Below, one piece after another: positions 10,601 through 22,322 of a stretch of 64,000 bases of DNA; position 1 is the stretch's first letter, and the number at the start of each line of letters is the position of its first letter. Source of the DNA: Trichosphaerium sp. ATCC 40318 (lineage: Eukaryota > Protista > Tubulinea); NCBI GenBank assembly GCA_038496445.1, contig JALMLS010000074.1, positions 62,001 to 126,000 on the forward strand. The letters run 5' to 3'. A program made the translations under genes and the position numbers. Below the pieces are notes generated by a model. That model made no database searches. It was not told where the DNA came from and saw nothing but the letters and a program-made list of their open reading frames with translations.

Positions 10601-13600
10601 ATGTACATTTGGTGGTGGTGTTTCGTTGACTTTTGTAACACCTGCACTAGAGACTTCTATAGTATATAATCCAATAGACTGAGTACATATTGTTTCCCAT
10701 GTCTCATCATCACCTCCAGCATCTGGGCCTGCAACAGCACCCTGTGTTTCTAATTAGTTTTTTGCTTTGATAAAACAAAGTTAATGCTAAGTACCATGCC
10801 GCCAAATGCGTTCCAAAAAGCTTCCCATTTATCTTCAGAAGCCCATTGATCAAGTTTATGAACCTTAGCATTTGAACTACGTTCATGATTTTTGATAATT
10901 TCTACAGTGTATTAATAAAAAACAGTTTTTTGGTTTCAATAAACAATACCTGCTATGGCGCTAGCTTTAGCTTTTTCAGCACGGCTTGCAGAAGGTGGCA
11001 AAAACACGAAAAGTTCCTTTAGACTAGCATCAAGCACAAAGGCATCGCCAGCATTGAGTGATGCGCAGCTCACCTATTGATAATTAAAAAAAAGGAAAGA
11101 AACATTTTCATTAGAACATACCTCGACCAAAGTAGTCCATACACGCCTCTTACCCTTACACTGAATTAAGCGTTTCTCATGGGTATGTCTCAACTTCTTT
11201 TTGAGCACTTGGGTAAACCTACAACGCAATCAGTTTACGAAAAAACAAGTTAAGTCTTACATTTCACGGTTAAGATCGTTTTGCTCTGTTCTTATTTCTT
11301 TACGCTTTTCACGTGCTTTACTCAATTGCTCTTCATCAGCCTAGCGTAATATTATACCAACAACATCATAATTAGTATTGCTACCTTTCTTTTCTTGTCC
11401 GCAAGCAATGCTTGATCCAAAAGTGATAGTTCACCGCCAGATTCGTCAACTTCAGGCAGACTGGTATCACGTTCTGTGAACTTCTTGATTTGAGCAAACC
11501 TGAAACGCATAAGTCTGGAAAAACAGCTACAGAAAACGACTTAAGTGTTTGACACTCACTTAGATTTTGGCTTTCCTTGTGCTCTTCGTGGAAGACGCTA
11601 ATATACGTTAAAATAACTACAATGATAATTGCGGCGACGTGCCTTTTTGCTACCCTTTGGGGTTGACGTTATTTTAATTTCAGTGATCTCTTTCTTGCCT
11701 TTCTTCTTTTTAGTTTCTTCCTTCTTAGGCTCACTCTTTGGCACTTCAATCTTTACATCCTTTGGTTCATCTTCACCAGCTGCTTCAGCTTCGGCTTCAT
11801 CAAGAGCTGCAGCGATAGCTTCATCAGTTAAATCGTTCTCTTCAGGTTCTTCAACAGCAACAACAGGAATGACTTCGTCAGGACTTCTGATTCCAGCTTT
11901 CACTTCAATCTCCTAAAAACCCAAAAATCAGCACCAATAACCAATACACGTGATATTCACGTGCCATAATCTCGGCGTCTAATTTAGCTTGCATCTCTGC
12001 AAGTGCCATTTTATGGATCGCCATTGCGCGCTTATCAGCTTCATGATCTTCACGAAGAAGAAGAATAGCATCGTGGGTTGCTTAGAAAAAGTGAGAACTA
12101 GTCCAAAATAAACAACATTTCCTGTTAAACGTACAAATTTCTTGCTCAAATTCCTCACGTTCTTTGGCAGTTGGTGTAAGCAATTGTTCTAATTTAGCAT
12201 CCACGTCTTCATCATCTTCCTCCTCTTCCTTGATTTACAATGTAAGTAAAATGGAAAAAACGGAGAAATACAAACTAGGTTCACCTCTTCAGGCTCATCG
12301 TCGTTCTCAGGCTCAAGGTCAAGTGAAGATTTGAAACTTGGCGAAGGTTTTAATACTTCATCTTCCTCAGGTTTCTTTTCAGGTTCTTTGACCTTTTCAG
12401 GTTTCTTCTCAGGCTCTTTCACTGGTTCAGATTTCTTCTCAGGCTCCTCAACCCGTTCTGCTTTCTTTTCAGGTTCCTTGGCAGGTTCAGCCTTCTTTTC
12501 TGGTTCTTTAACCTTTTCAGGCTCTTTGACCTTCTCAGGTTTCTTCTCAGGCTCCTTTACTGGTTCAGGCTTCTTCTCAGGCTCTTTTACCTTTTCAGGT
12601 TCCTTTACTGGTTCAGGTTTCTTCTCAGGCTCTTTTGCTTTAACCGGTTCAGCAGCTCGTTTTTTCGGACTTATACTCCGGATTGGTTTCTTAACAGGCT
12701 CTGGTTCTTTCTTTGTTTCCCACATGCTCGTCAATTTTGCCAATCTACCAGCTGATCCCTTTCTGCCTTTAGGTTTAGCGTCAACCTTTTTAGCCTCTTT
12801 CTTTTCAGGCTCCTTGGCAGGTTCAGCCTTCTTTTCTGGTTCTTTAACCTTTTCTGGCTCTTTGACCTTTTCAGGTTTCTTCTCAGGCTCTTTCACTGGT
12901 TCAGGTTTCTTCTCAGGCTCCTTAACTGGTTCAGATTTCTTTTCAGGTTCCTTGACAGGTTCAGCCTTCTTCTCTGGTTCTTTAACCTTCTCAGGCTTAG
13001 CCTCTTCAGTTTTATCCTTAGCTGGCTCTTTGACTGGCTCCTCTTTGGTCTTTTTCTCAGGTTTCTTACCACCGCTCTTTTTCTTTTTCTCAACTTTAGG
13101 CTCTTCCTTTGTTTGGGAATCAGTTTTTTCGGCGTCTTCCTTTTTCTTTGCTGCTTCTTCCTCTTCCTTCTTCTTTTTGGCTTCTTCCTCTTTCTTAGCT
13201 TCTTCCTCATCCTTAAAAGGATTTCGAAGAGATTCGAACTTTTGACTGGCCTTTTTCTTTGGTCTTCTTTTACGAGGAGGAGGTATGTCGTTTTTATCCT
13301 GAGCAGCCAAGCTCTCGAAGAAAGCTAGAGCGCCTTGCTTCTTATTCTTGAAACCACCTGTTGAAAGCATGCGTACAGATTGACGAATCTAAAAATAGAG
13401 TTAGAGTTAAACAAAAGATAACCACATAGTGCTACTTGGCAAAAAGGCACAAGCTTGGTAAATGATTACAGGCGAAAACATAAAAGAACGAATGTCAAGC
13501 AAAAAAATTAATCACGTGGGAAAAAGTAGCAGAGAATTTAGTTCTTACCTGTCGTCTGTATTGCTTTTTGCTCTCTTTTTTAGCTACTTCAACTGCTTGT

Positions 13601-14458
13601 TGCTGTTTTACAAGCTGTTCACGTTGCTTTTTCTTTTCCTCTAGGCCAGCTAATCGAACATTCTGAGGTGTTCCAGGAGCCACTTGAAGACTAGAACCTT
13701 TTCCTTTCTTTGGCGCTAAACAAAACCGTTAGGCATTTTGGGGTTTTTGTACAAAAACATTACAAGACGAACTGTTTTTCTCGAGCTTTCTGAAAAAGTC
13801 GAGCGATTTGTTTCGTCTTTCTTTAACAGGAGCGCTTTTTAGCTGTTTAACAGATTTTCTAGGATCAACAGCGGACGTGACAGCATCTACGAAAGAGAGA
13901 AATAAGAACAAAAATCAATCGAAAGAAAGAAAAGCAACAAAAAAAAACAACAGAAAAACCAGCCTACCTGCTTGCTCTTGCTTCTCAAATTTTTCCTTCC
14001 AAGCAGAGTTGTGCTTCTTTCCAAGGCCCCAAGACCTTCTCTTTGACTTTTTAGCTTTTTTCTCAGCCGCAGCGTCCAACTTTTCAGCAGCCTTAGCTGC
14101 ATCCTTATCACTCTTGTCTTTTTCACTTTTTCTGGACTTTCTACCCTTTGTTTTAGGTGTGTCCACTTGTACAACAGTAACTAAAGTTGTGAGCCACTTA
14201 AAAAATAATGTACATAGACTAGGTATCACGTGAATGGAGATTCAGGTTAACAGTAAAAAAAAAGCTCCAAAACAATAATTGACAGATGAGTCGCTTTTTT
14301 CTGCGTACCGCCAATCTCAGGTGCAGGGGAGTTCTTTTTTTCCGACTTCTTATCTTTATTATCGCTAAGTTCACTCTCAAATGCTGGTGTTGTATTCTCC
14401 AGTATTTCTTGAAGCTCCTAAAAGGACAGCATAAACGATAAGAAATAACTGGTTCCAT
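7623..14458 (-). CDS. Villin/supervillin-like protein: long charged N-terminal region, gelsolin repeats, C-terminal villin headpiece; more than 30 exons; 5' end uncertain
   Basis: LIQCKGKRRVW, SLNAGDAFVLD, GGYILDFGNEVYTWSGK, GHFFSGESYIL, EGEEPAEFWSCLGG, VYILDAG..FCWAG; headpiece HLTDEEFVKVFGMDREKFNAIPKWKRLNLKRKAELY*. Confidence 0.9.
12365..13050 (-). repeat. Coding minisatellite (KEPEKKPEPV / KEPEKV units) in two related blocks
   Basis: Repeats visible in ORF 12189-13370 and at DNA level (ttcaggtttcttctcaggctc...). Confidence 0.9.
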
Positions 14459-14579
14459 ATTTTATTTCAAAAAAATTCGGTTCTCACGTGAACAACTTTG
14501 AAACAAAAAATTGGAGTTTCCGCTCAATAAATACTGCGGGCAATTTCGTTTGTGAAAAAAAAAAAAAAATCAAACATAC

Positions 14580-15958
14580 TCCTTTGTTTTCTTCTCCTAG
14601 AGGTACAAACATATTTTGTAAATCTTGAACTGTATTCCTTCTCTCATATTTAAAGCTATTAAAAATGTCATTAAAACGATATTCAAGCTACTATTAACAC
14701 CAATACTTCCAAAACAAAAAACACCAAAAAAAAAAAACATAAAACGAACGAGAAAAAAAAAGTTCAAAAAAAACGTACTTGCGAAGCGTCATACGAGACA
14801 TTGTTCTCGTTTTATCAATTTTAGGTGCCTCCACTTTGTTCAAATTGGATTGTGACTCTTCAACCTAAAAAACAAAGCACTCAGCATCACCTGTTTGATA
14901 AAACTTCAAACTTACCTTAGCACCTAATTTACGCACTGAAGTAGATCTAACAATAGCACGCTTTCTACCAGAAGGAGACTCTTTCTAAAAAAAGGAGATT
15001 GTTAACCAAAAATTTAGTAAAACTGCAAAAGCGGAAATTTCGCACTTGAGATTCCCTCAAATCCTTGATACTCCTTCTAGATAACGTCCTTGATAACGAT
15101 GGCCTAACTTTTAAGCTACCAACAGCTTTTGGTCTAGGGCGCGAAGTACCACCAGTGGTAGCTGAGAGACTCTAAATACACGTGTTAAAATTAAACCCAA
15201 AAATCTTACGGGTAATTTCGGTTTACAAAAAAAAAATGAATCACTAAAGCTACGTACAGGTCCAGAAGCTTTTGCGCTTGTAAGAGGCTTTGGCATAGTC
15301 TTGTTCCCTGGTTTTGAAGCTGATCGCAAGAACATTGTGCTAGCGCAAAAGTCAAAAAATTAAACTTACCAAAATAAAAAACTTTGGAGAAAAAAAAAAA
15401 AAAAGATCACGTGATTTGCCAAAAAAACCGCTTGGCATACCTTTTTGGCCTCGATTTTTTACCACCTGGACTATCAGCACCTAGTGAAGATCCAGAAGAC
15501 TTTCTATTTGAAAAAAATCAACACGATACACCGTGAATTTAAAAATAAAAAAAAACAAATTATCTCGTACTTCTCTTTTTTGTCTTCTTTTTTATCTTCT
15601 TTCTTTTCATCCTTGTCTTTATCCTTCTTATCAAATTTAGACTTAGAAGAGCTTCTCCTCCTAAATATGCTACTGTTCCTTCTCGCAATCTCTTTTCTCT
15701 TTGGAACCTTTATTTTTGGATCCTAATAGAGCTGTTTAGACCTTTCCTCGTCATAACGTCGATAACAACCAAAAACCAAAAAAAAAAAAAACGTTTTTGA
15801 TTGCTTTGTTGTTAAAAACATGACAGTACCTCTAGTTTCTCTATGATATCGTTAACAGCAGCAACGAAATCACCACCATTAGCAGTCAATATTTTCCCGC
15901 AGTAAGTTTCCTTCACGTGCGGAAAGGCCGCAGTAAGATCGCGTAGTGCGTCCTCCAT
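14580..15958 (-). CDS. N-terminal CUE (ubiquitin-binding) domain followed by a basic/Ser-rich low-complexity region; may be the true 5' end of the villin-like gene
   Basis: MEDALRDLTAAFPHVKETYCGKILTANGGDFVAAVNDII fits the CUE pattern (L..MFP...i..iL..n.gdv..ai..l). Exons are spliceable down to about 14580 with no clear stop. Confidence 0.65.
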
Positions 15959-16271
15959 GGTGTAAACCGCTATAAAATCTAAACATAAACCATACAGCAA
16001 TGTGAACTAATTTTGTTCGACGCTTTAACTATGACATCCCATAAATACTATGCTGTTGTACTATACGCTCATTGAGTACATCAGTGCGCTTTATTGATAG
16101 ACGCATGAATTGAAACGGTTTGTTTTTCTTTACAATCAAGAGACTGTAAAACAACACCCAAGCGTGTACAGTAGTGTTGAGAACACGCTGCCGTGCTCTG
16201 CGATTTTTTGCCAGCGAAGACTTTTTGCCAACGCTCCGTCTGGCAATTTGTTAACAGCGAAACTATCTACA

Positions 16272-17266
16272 ATGTGGGCTACGCGTCGTTTAGCACTCCG
16301 CACTGGCCGTTCTACCACAACAAAAAGAATTAAGCGAAAAGTAGTTTTGCAAACAAAACGATTCTCTGGTAGTTACAATAAGTCACAATTTGGCGGCAGA
16401 GAAGTACTTCACGAGGCGTGGGCGCATTTTTTATTTAATTTTTGCTTTTAGGTAGTAGATACTGTTCCTGAGCGTGCCTTTGACTACACAAACAAAGATG
16501 ATTTTGTACAAACCTATTTCAATTAGTAAAATACTTACACTTCAAAGGAAGCCAGCAGTCGTATTGATGGTGTACCTTTAGAGGACTACGTAGCCAGGAC
16601 AGCCATTATAGTACGAAAAGCAAAGGATACGGAACAACAAGGACGCTACGTATGTTTAATATCGCTGTGTACGATTAAACTTACCAATTGAGCAAGGGTA
16701 TGCAAGTTTGGACTATCAAATTTGACAGAGAAGACAGATGGCGTACTAATTTGATGCACTGGACTGGTAGTAGGTATGTGTACCGTCTAAGCAACGTTTG
16801 ATATGTTTGAGCGGTTTCAGAGTGTCACTGTCATTTTTTTTAACTCTCATTCGCTAACATCAACACAAGGGATGTCCACAGTCAAGTTAGATTAGAGTTC
16901 GACTCCAAAGAAGAAGCCATAGAGTATTGCAAGGATAATGGTGCGTATTGAAGAGATTATTAGGCAAAAGACGTTTAATTAAAGCTTTTTTTAATTTGTG
17001 AAAAAAAATTTATGGACGCTATAAAATGAATCCGTAATACCTACAGACGCGAACTTGGTCGTTTAAGGCGGTTTTTAGTCTAAATAATTTTTGTTTGGAA
17101 TAAACAAATAAAAAACTTTCGATCGCTCACTTGCTTCCTAGGTTATGGTTATGAAATTGCTGGAGAGGTATTTGAGAACCCACGCGAAAGCGATTACGGT
17201 AACCACTTCAAACCAACACCAGTAGAAGACAAGATCTACAGCAATCATGATTCCCACTTTTCTTAA
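16272..17266 (+). CDS. NDUFS4: NADH:ubiquinone oxidoreductase subunit S4 (complex I 18-kDa subunit), mitochondrial
   Basis: Arg-rich presequence; spliced product ...RTAIIVRKAKDTEQQGRYGMQVWTIKFDREDRWRTNLMHWTGSRDVHSQVRLEFDSKEEAIEYCKDNGYGYEI...DYGNHF. Confidence 0.92.
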
Positions 17267-17571
17267 AACTTACAGATTTTGTACATCATTGTAAACATCG
17301 GTATGCCTTTATAGTAGCAGTTATGAGGAGTTTCAAAAGTATACATGCACAACAAAAGTAAAATACAAACAAAAAAAAAAAAAGGATTCTTCGTGTTAAT
17401 AAATAACTGCTTGCACTCTTCCTCTTCTGGTCTGTTGAGTACTCAGTAACGCGTTCTGCACAGTGCAACAAAATGGAATGAGTTTGTGCAGAAAAGTCAA
17501 AAAAAAGTATTTTAAAGAAATTTGATTGGAAAAGTGTTTCTGTAATATTTGGGCGCTGCGTTGAAGTTCTG

Positions 17572-20500
17572 ATGCTTGCAGATACAAATACAAACGGTTA
17601 TGAAGATTATAGCCACAGGCTATCCCATCTTGACTTTAGAGAGCAGCAATGCGCCAGGTGGGGTACGTTATAGCTGTTTTTTGTGTTTCTAGGCATGTTT
17701 TTCACTAAGAATGTAGAGGCGCTTCTAGAGCAAGAAAAAGCCATAGGGCTTTACGAGGCTCAATTAGCAAAGCAAGAACAGGAATACATTGACACTTTCT
17801 TGAGTGACACGACACCAGAGCCAATAGTTGTTCCAGAGCAAAAACCAGCCTTCGACGTGCGTAAATAACATGACACAAGCCGTTATTTAATTAATTACAG
17901 CTTGACGCCGCTTTCAAAGCCTACATGAAGGATGAACCTCTCTCAACAGACAAGGACGCGTATTCTGCGAGCTACATATTCAATAGCATGCCAAAACGAG
18001 ACCAAGGCACGTCAAACAAATCAAAAAGTTGTTTCAGATCACTTGTACTAACGTTATCATGTTTAGAGTTTGAAAAAACTTTGAACGATTTTGGACAGCT
18101 ACGTGATAACACGCGCGTAAAAGCAAAGATAGATCGTGTTTTCAGCAAGCTTAAACATGAATTTGATGGCGCTCTTGCTAGGGTATGGATTATCACTATG
18201 CTTGCCTGTCATTATAGGTACTTTAACAGTCTGTAGCGTGGTGCCAGAAGCACAAAGAGCTCACAAAAAAAAATGTGGGATGATGACTTTAGCATTGAAA
18301 GATCAATCGCCAAGACCCCTGAACCAAAACGTACTGTCCCTATATCAAACTAATCATTGAGTATTCGTATTAAAACCTAATCTAGCGGAACCAGTATCAC
18401 AGAAATCATTGGATAAACAAGAGGATGATCAAGGTGCAATCAATTGGGATGAATTTGAAAAAGACGATGAACCTCAAGTACGTTTTATTAATTTTTCGAC
18501 CCTCAGCACTGTGCAAAGATGTTTTTAATCCTTTGTATTAGCAGAGGGATCCTTCTCCTGAGCCTGTAAGAAGAAAGAAACCCGCAGGCGCACGAGCAAC
18601 ACCATTTTCAGGCATGATGGCTAACCCTGGCCAATCTGGATTAAAACCGGCGGGAGCAAGAGCTACACCATTTGCTGGTTTAACAGCTGCTGACACCAAC
18701 AAAAAGCTTAAACCAACGTCGAACACACGCTCTGATTTGAATGCAAGCGCTAAGCCAAGAGAACTACCAAAGGCAGAACCAAAACCTAAAGCAATAAAGC
18801 CTATAGCAAGGTCTGCTTTGAACACAAGTTTTGCAAACAAACCAAAGGAGTTACCAAAGACAGAACCAAAGCCTAAAACATCACCTTCTTACACTTCTCC
18901 ATCCGAACCAAAAGCAATCAAAACAAAGCCTATCGCATCTACTAAACCTAGTATCGTGTCCCAAATGCGTTTGAACCCAGCACCTGCAGACTCAAGCGGA
19001 GATGAAGAGGTTTGATACTTTTTTTTTTTTTTTCCCCAGATCAGTATTAATATTTTAAAGGATTCTTGGGGTGATGAAGACGACTCAGATGATGAATATT
19101 CTCGTCCTGCCTATATGGGTAAATTACCTACAGCTTCTGTAAGTACAAATAATACCTCAATCGCTCTAAAAGTCCTGTAGCAATCTCTTAAAGTGGAACC
19201 TACTCCTGAACCAAAGAAAATGGAAACTCCAAAGAAAGCACCTGAACCTAAGAAAACGGAAGCTCCGAAGAAAGCACCTGAGCCTAAGAAAACAGTGGCG
19301 CCAAAGAAGTCACCTACTTCTAAAGGAACAACTGCAAAGTCTAAAGCTTTGGCATTTTATGAAAGTTTATCTGGTGGAGCAAATGATGGTGGAGGAAGCT
19401 ACAAGCCGCCTAAAAAACAGGTTTGAAGAAAATCAAAAATACTCTTCTCGTTTTTTTGATAATTTCTAGGATGCTGATCCAGAACCTTTTGCTGATGATG
19501 TGGACGATTGGGACGATTATGCTGATTCTAAAGACGAAGACGAAGAACTAGAACCAGAACCAGAGCCTGAGCCAGAGCCAGTTGTCAAGAAACCAAAGAA
19601 ATCAGTTTATGTGCCTATTCCAAAGTCGTTTATTCCTACAAAGGCGCCTGCTAAGCCAAAAACAACGCCTAAAACAACTAAACCAGCAACAAAAACAACA
19701 GCAACTCCTAAGGAAGAGCCAAAGAAGGTTGAAGAAGAGAAACCAAAGCCAGAAGCTCAGGAGCCAAAGAAAAAGCCTACAACAGCTAAGAGACCACCAA
19801 TACGTGCCAAGACTGGAAAACTAAAGGCTCTTAATTTCTATGAGACTCTTACTTCACAAAGAGACCAAGAAAAAGCTGCCTTATCCAAACAAAAGGGATC
19901 CAAGATTTCTGGTGGTGGAACTAAAAGTCCTACGACTAAGTCTCCTGCGGCTTCTCCTGCGGCTTCTCCTGTGAAGGCTGAAGAGCCAGAGAAACCAAAG
20001 GAACCTGAAGTATCTGTTCCAGAACCAAAGAAAGAGGAAGAAGAGAAACCAAAACAAGAAGCTGAACAACCAAAGAAGAAACCTACAACAGTTAAGAGAG
20101 CGCCTATACGTGCCAAGACAGGGAAACTAAAGGCTCTTAATTTTTATGAAACGTTGACTTCTCAGCGAGATCAAGAGAAGCAGGCCGTATCCAAGCAGAA
20201 AGGAGGAAAAGGTAAAACTACAAAACAATTTTTTTCAAACCTAAAACGTTTTTAAGGTGGTGGTGCTGGAGGCTTTGGAGGCACACGTTCTGCTGCATCC
20301 AAACGTCATTATCCATCAACGTTAGTTGTAAAATGGATCCGTAAAGGAAAGGAAAAATCACATGAGTTCAGTATTGATGCGTCAACTACTTTTGGAGATA
20401 TTCTAAAGAAAGCTGGTACGATCTTCTCATTCTCATTTATTTCTTGGATTATGGATTCTTTCTCACCTTACAAAGGTTCTACACCTGAGAAATACACTAT

Positions 20501-21133
20501 GAAGACAAAGCAGGAAGGCATGGAAATACCACTTGTTGAGAATGTTCAAAAGTTTTGTGCTGGAGAATTAAATCCATCTGTTTGGGTTGTCAAAAGAACA
20601 GAGAAATACGATCCAGAAGCTGTACGGCCTCGTTTTACCTGTCTTTTTAAACATTTTTTAACATTTTAAACTAGGAAGCTGCAGCGCTGAAGGCAAAAGA
20701 AGAAGAAGCAGCGAAATTACAAGAACGCAAAGAACCACCTTCTAGACCAAAGGTATGACTCATTTTCTTTTCCAAACAAATTATGTTTCTTACAGGTTTG
20801 ACATTAGGTTGATAACATTCACACCGGTTCTGGTGTTCATTATGATGTAGACGGAGAAGTAGCGTTACTAAAGCATCATATCATGCGTATAGGAGAGGAT
20901 CAGGTATGTATTAGAGTGAAGTGCGTATCAGACTTTTAACATGAAATTAACAGGGAGATGGAACTTTCTTGACTACTTTTGGTGATATTTTCGTTGATCC
21001 TGAAGTTGAGCAAACTTTTGAGTCCTTGGTTGGAACAATGAAAGCAGCACGTAAAAGGAAATTAATAGAATTCAAAGGAGGTGTATTATTCTATCCAAAC
21101 CACGCAGCAACAGTTATAACTATGTATGTCTGA
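17572..21133 (+). CDS. Large Pro/Lys/Glu-rich protein with a possible ubiquitin-like domain and a C-terminal Costars (ABRA C-terminal) domain
   Basis: Last exons give YDVDGEVALLKHHIMRIGEDQGDGTFLTTFGDIFVDPEVEQTFESLVGTMKAARKRKLIEFKGGVLF..., the Costars signature. LVVKWIRKGKEKSHEFSIDASTTFGDILKKAG looks beta-grasp-like. Confidence 0.85.
19720..20200 (+). repeat. Internal duplication of about 50 codons (EEEKPK.EA..PKKKPTT.KR.PIRAKTGKLKALNFYETLTSQRDQEK) x2
   Basis: Direct comparison of about 19730-19895 with about 20035-20200. Confidence 0.9.
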
Positions 21134-21485
21134 AATAAAAACGTGCAGCGCTTTTTTTTTTGTGTTCTACTCAAAAATATTCTCAACGGTTTTATTTCAT
21201 TGAATTGCACTAATAACCTGCCTTAACGTATACCATATTTTCATCATTAAGCATGGTCTTTTTAATGGCTATGTACGTGCGTCAAAGAGCTCACGTTTTT
21301 CGCTTTGTATTGGCAGAGTGATTGTAAATATTTGTTTCAAGTCCACTACTATTTATTTTAGGTGTGCGTAACCATTGATACTCTACGTGTTATGTTCATA
21401 AGCTATGTGGATCGATACAAGCGTACCTATAACATTGTTAGGAGTACGTAGTGTATTTAAAGCAATTTCATTAAAGAAAGAACAA

Positions 21486-21748
21486 TCAACAAGACAAGTA
21501 ATGGTACCACTTAGCCATCGAAAGGGTTATTTCAGCTTGTAGTTTACGTATGTATTCCTCTACAATTTCTTCTATTTTTTGGTTATTATCCTGGCGTGCG
21601 TTGAAGAGGTCTCGTCTTAGTCTTATCACACTTTGCTCAAAAGTGTCAGCTGATTGAAGCGTTTTCATTTTCAATATTTCCTTGGTATAAGTATAAGCTA
21701 CATGGAGCTGCTTGCACGTTTACTTACCCTCTTGTTACTTGAAGCCAT
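21486..21748 (-). CDS. Small hypothetical coiled-coil protein (3' end unresolved)
   Basis: MASSNKR, gtaagt...caag intron, then EILKMKTLQSADTFEQSVIRLRRDLFNARQDNNQKIEEIVEEYIRKLQAE. Confidence 0.4.
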
Positions 21749-22322
21749 TCTATTGTATCTCGGAATACTTAAAAACTATCAAATAAGTGGTTTGGTCAAT
21801 TCCATTCTTGTCATAACATGTTCTGAAAACAGATGCATAGCAGAAATTAACGCACTTTTGCTCGAACCGACGAAAAGTTATATGCAGGGCGTGTAGTTGC
21901 GATTCAGCGAAAAGGCGAAACATGTAAAATAGGAGTCCTGCTTGCCGTGGAAGAGAGCGGAGGGGGAGTTGAAAAGGGAACTCAGTACCCTTGATTGCGA
22001 ATTACTTGAATCGTGTTAAGCTGCATCATGTATTCATAGCACATAAAAGAACATCTAGCGCAAACTTTAGTATTAATACAAGTTATCAAAGAAAAAAAAA
22101 TGCCAACTTAACTGCAAGATTTAAGGCATCACAATTATAATAATTAATTCACGTGGTGCGCTTTCTCGCTTGAATACAACCCCTGTATTGATTATAAACA
22201 TATTTAGAGCATTAGGTATTGTTTCCTACTTTTCTATAGATTGTAGTTAACGAAAGACTAGCAGACCTTCAGATATAATGTATTCACGTGTTACCGCACG
22301 ATACGACTCTCCGCGGGCGCAC

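Noticed and set aside
12331-13245. 304-aa + strand ORF of SGFFSGS repeats (likewise 30401-30747, 33324-33719, 19838-20116)
   Set aside because: Antisense shadows of low-complexity coding repeats
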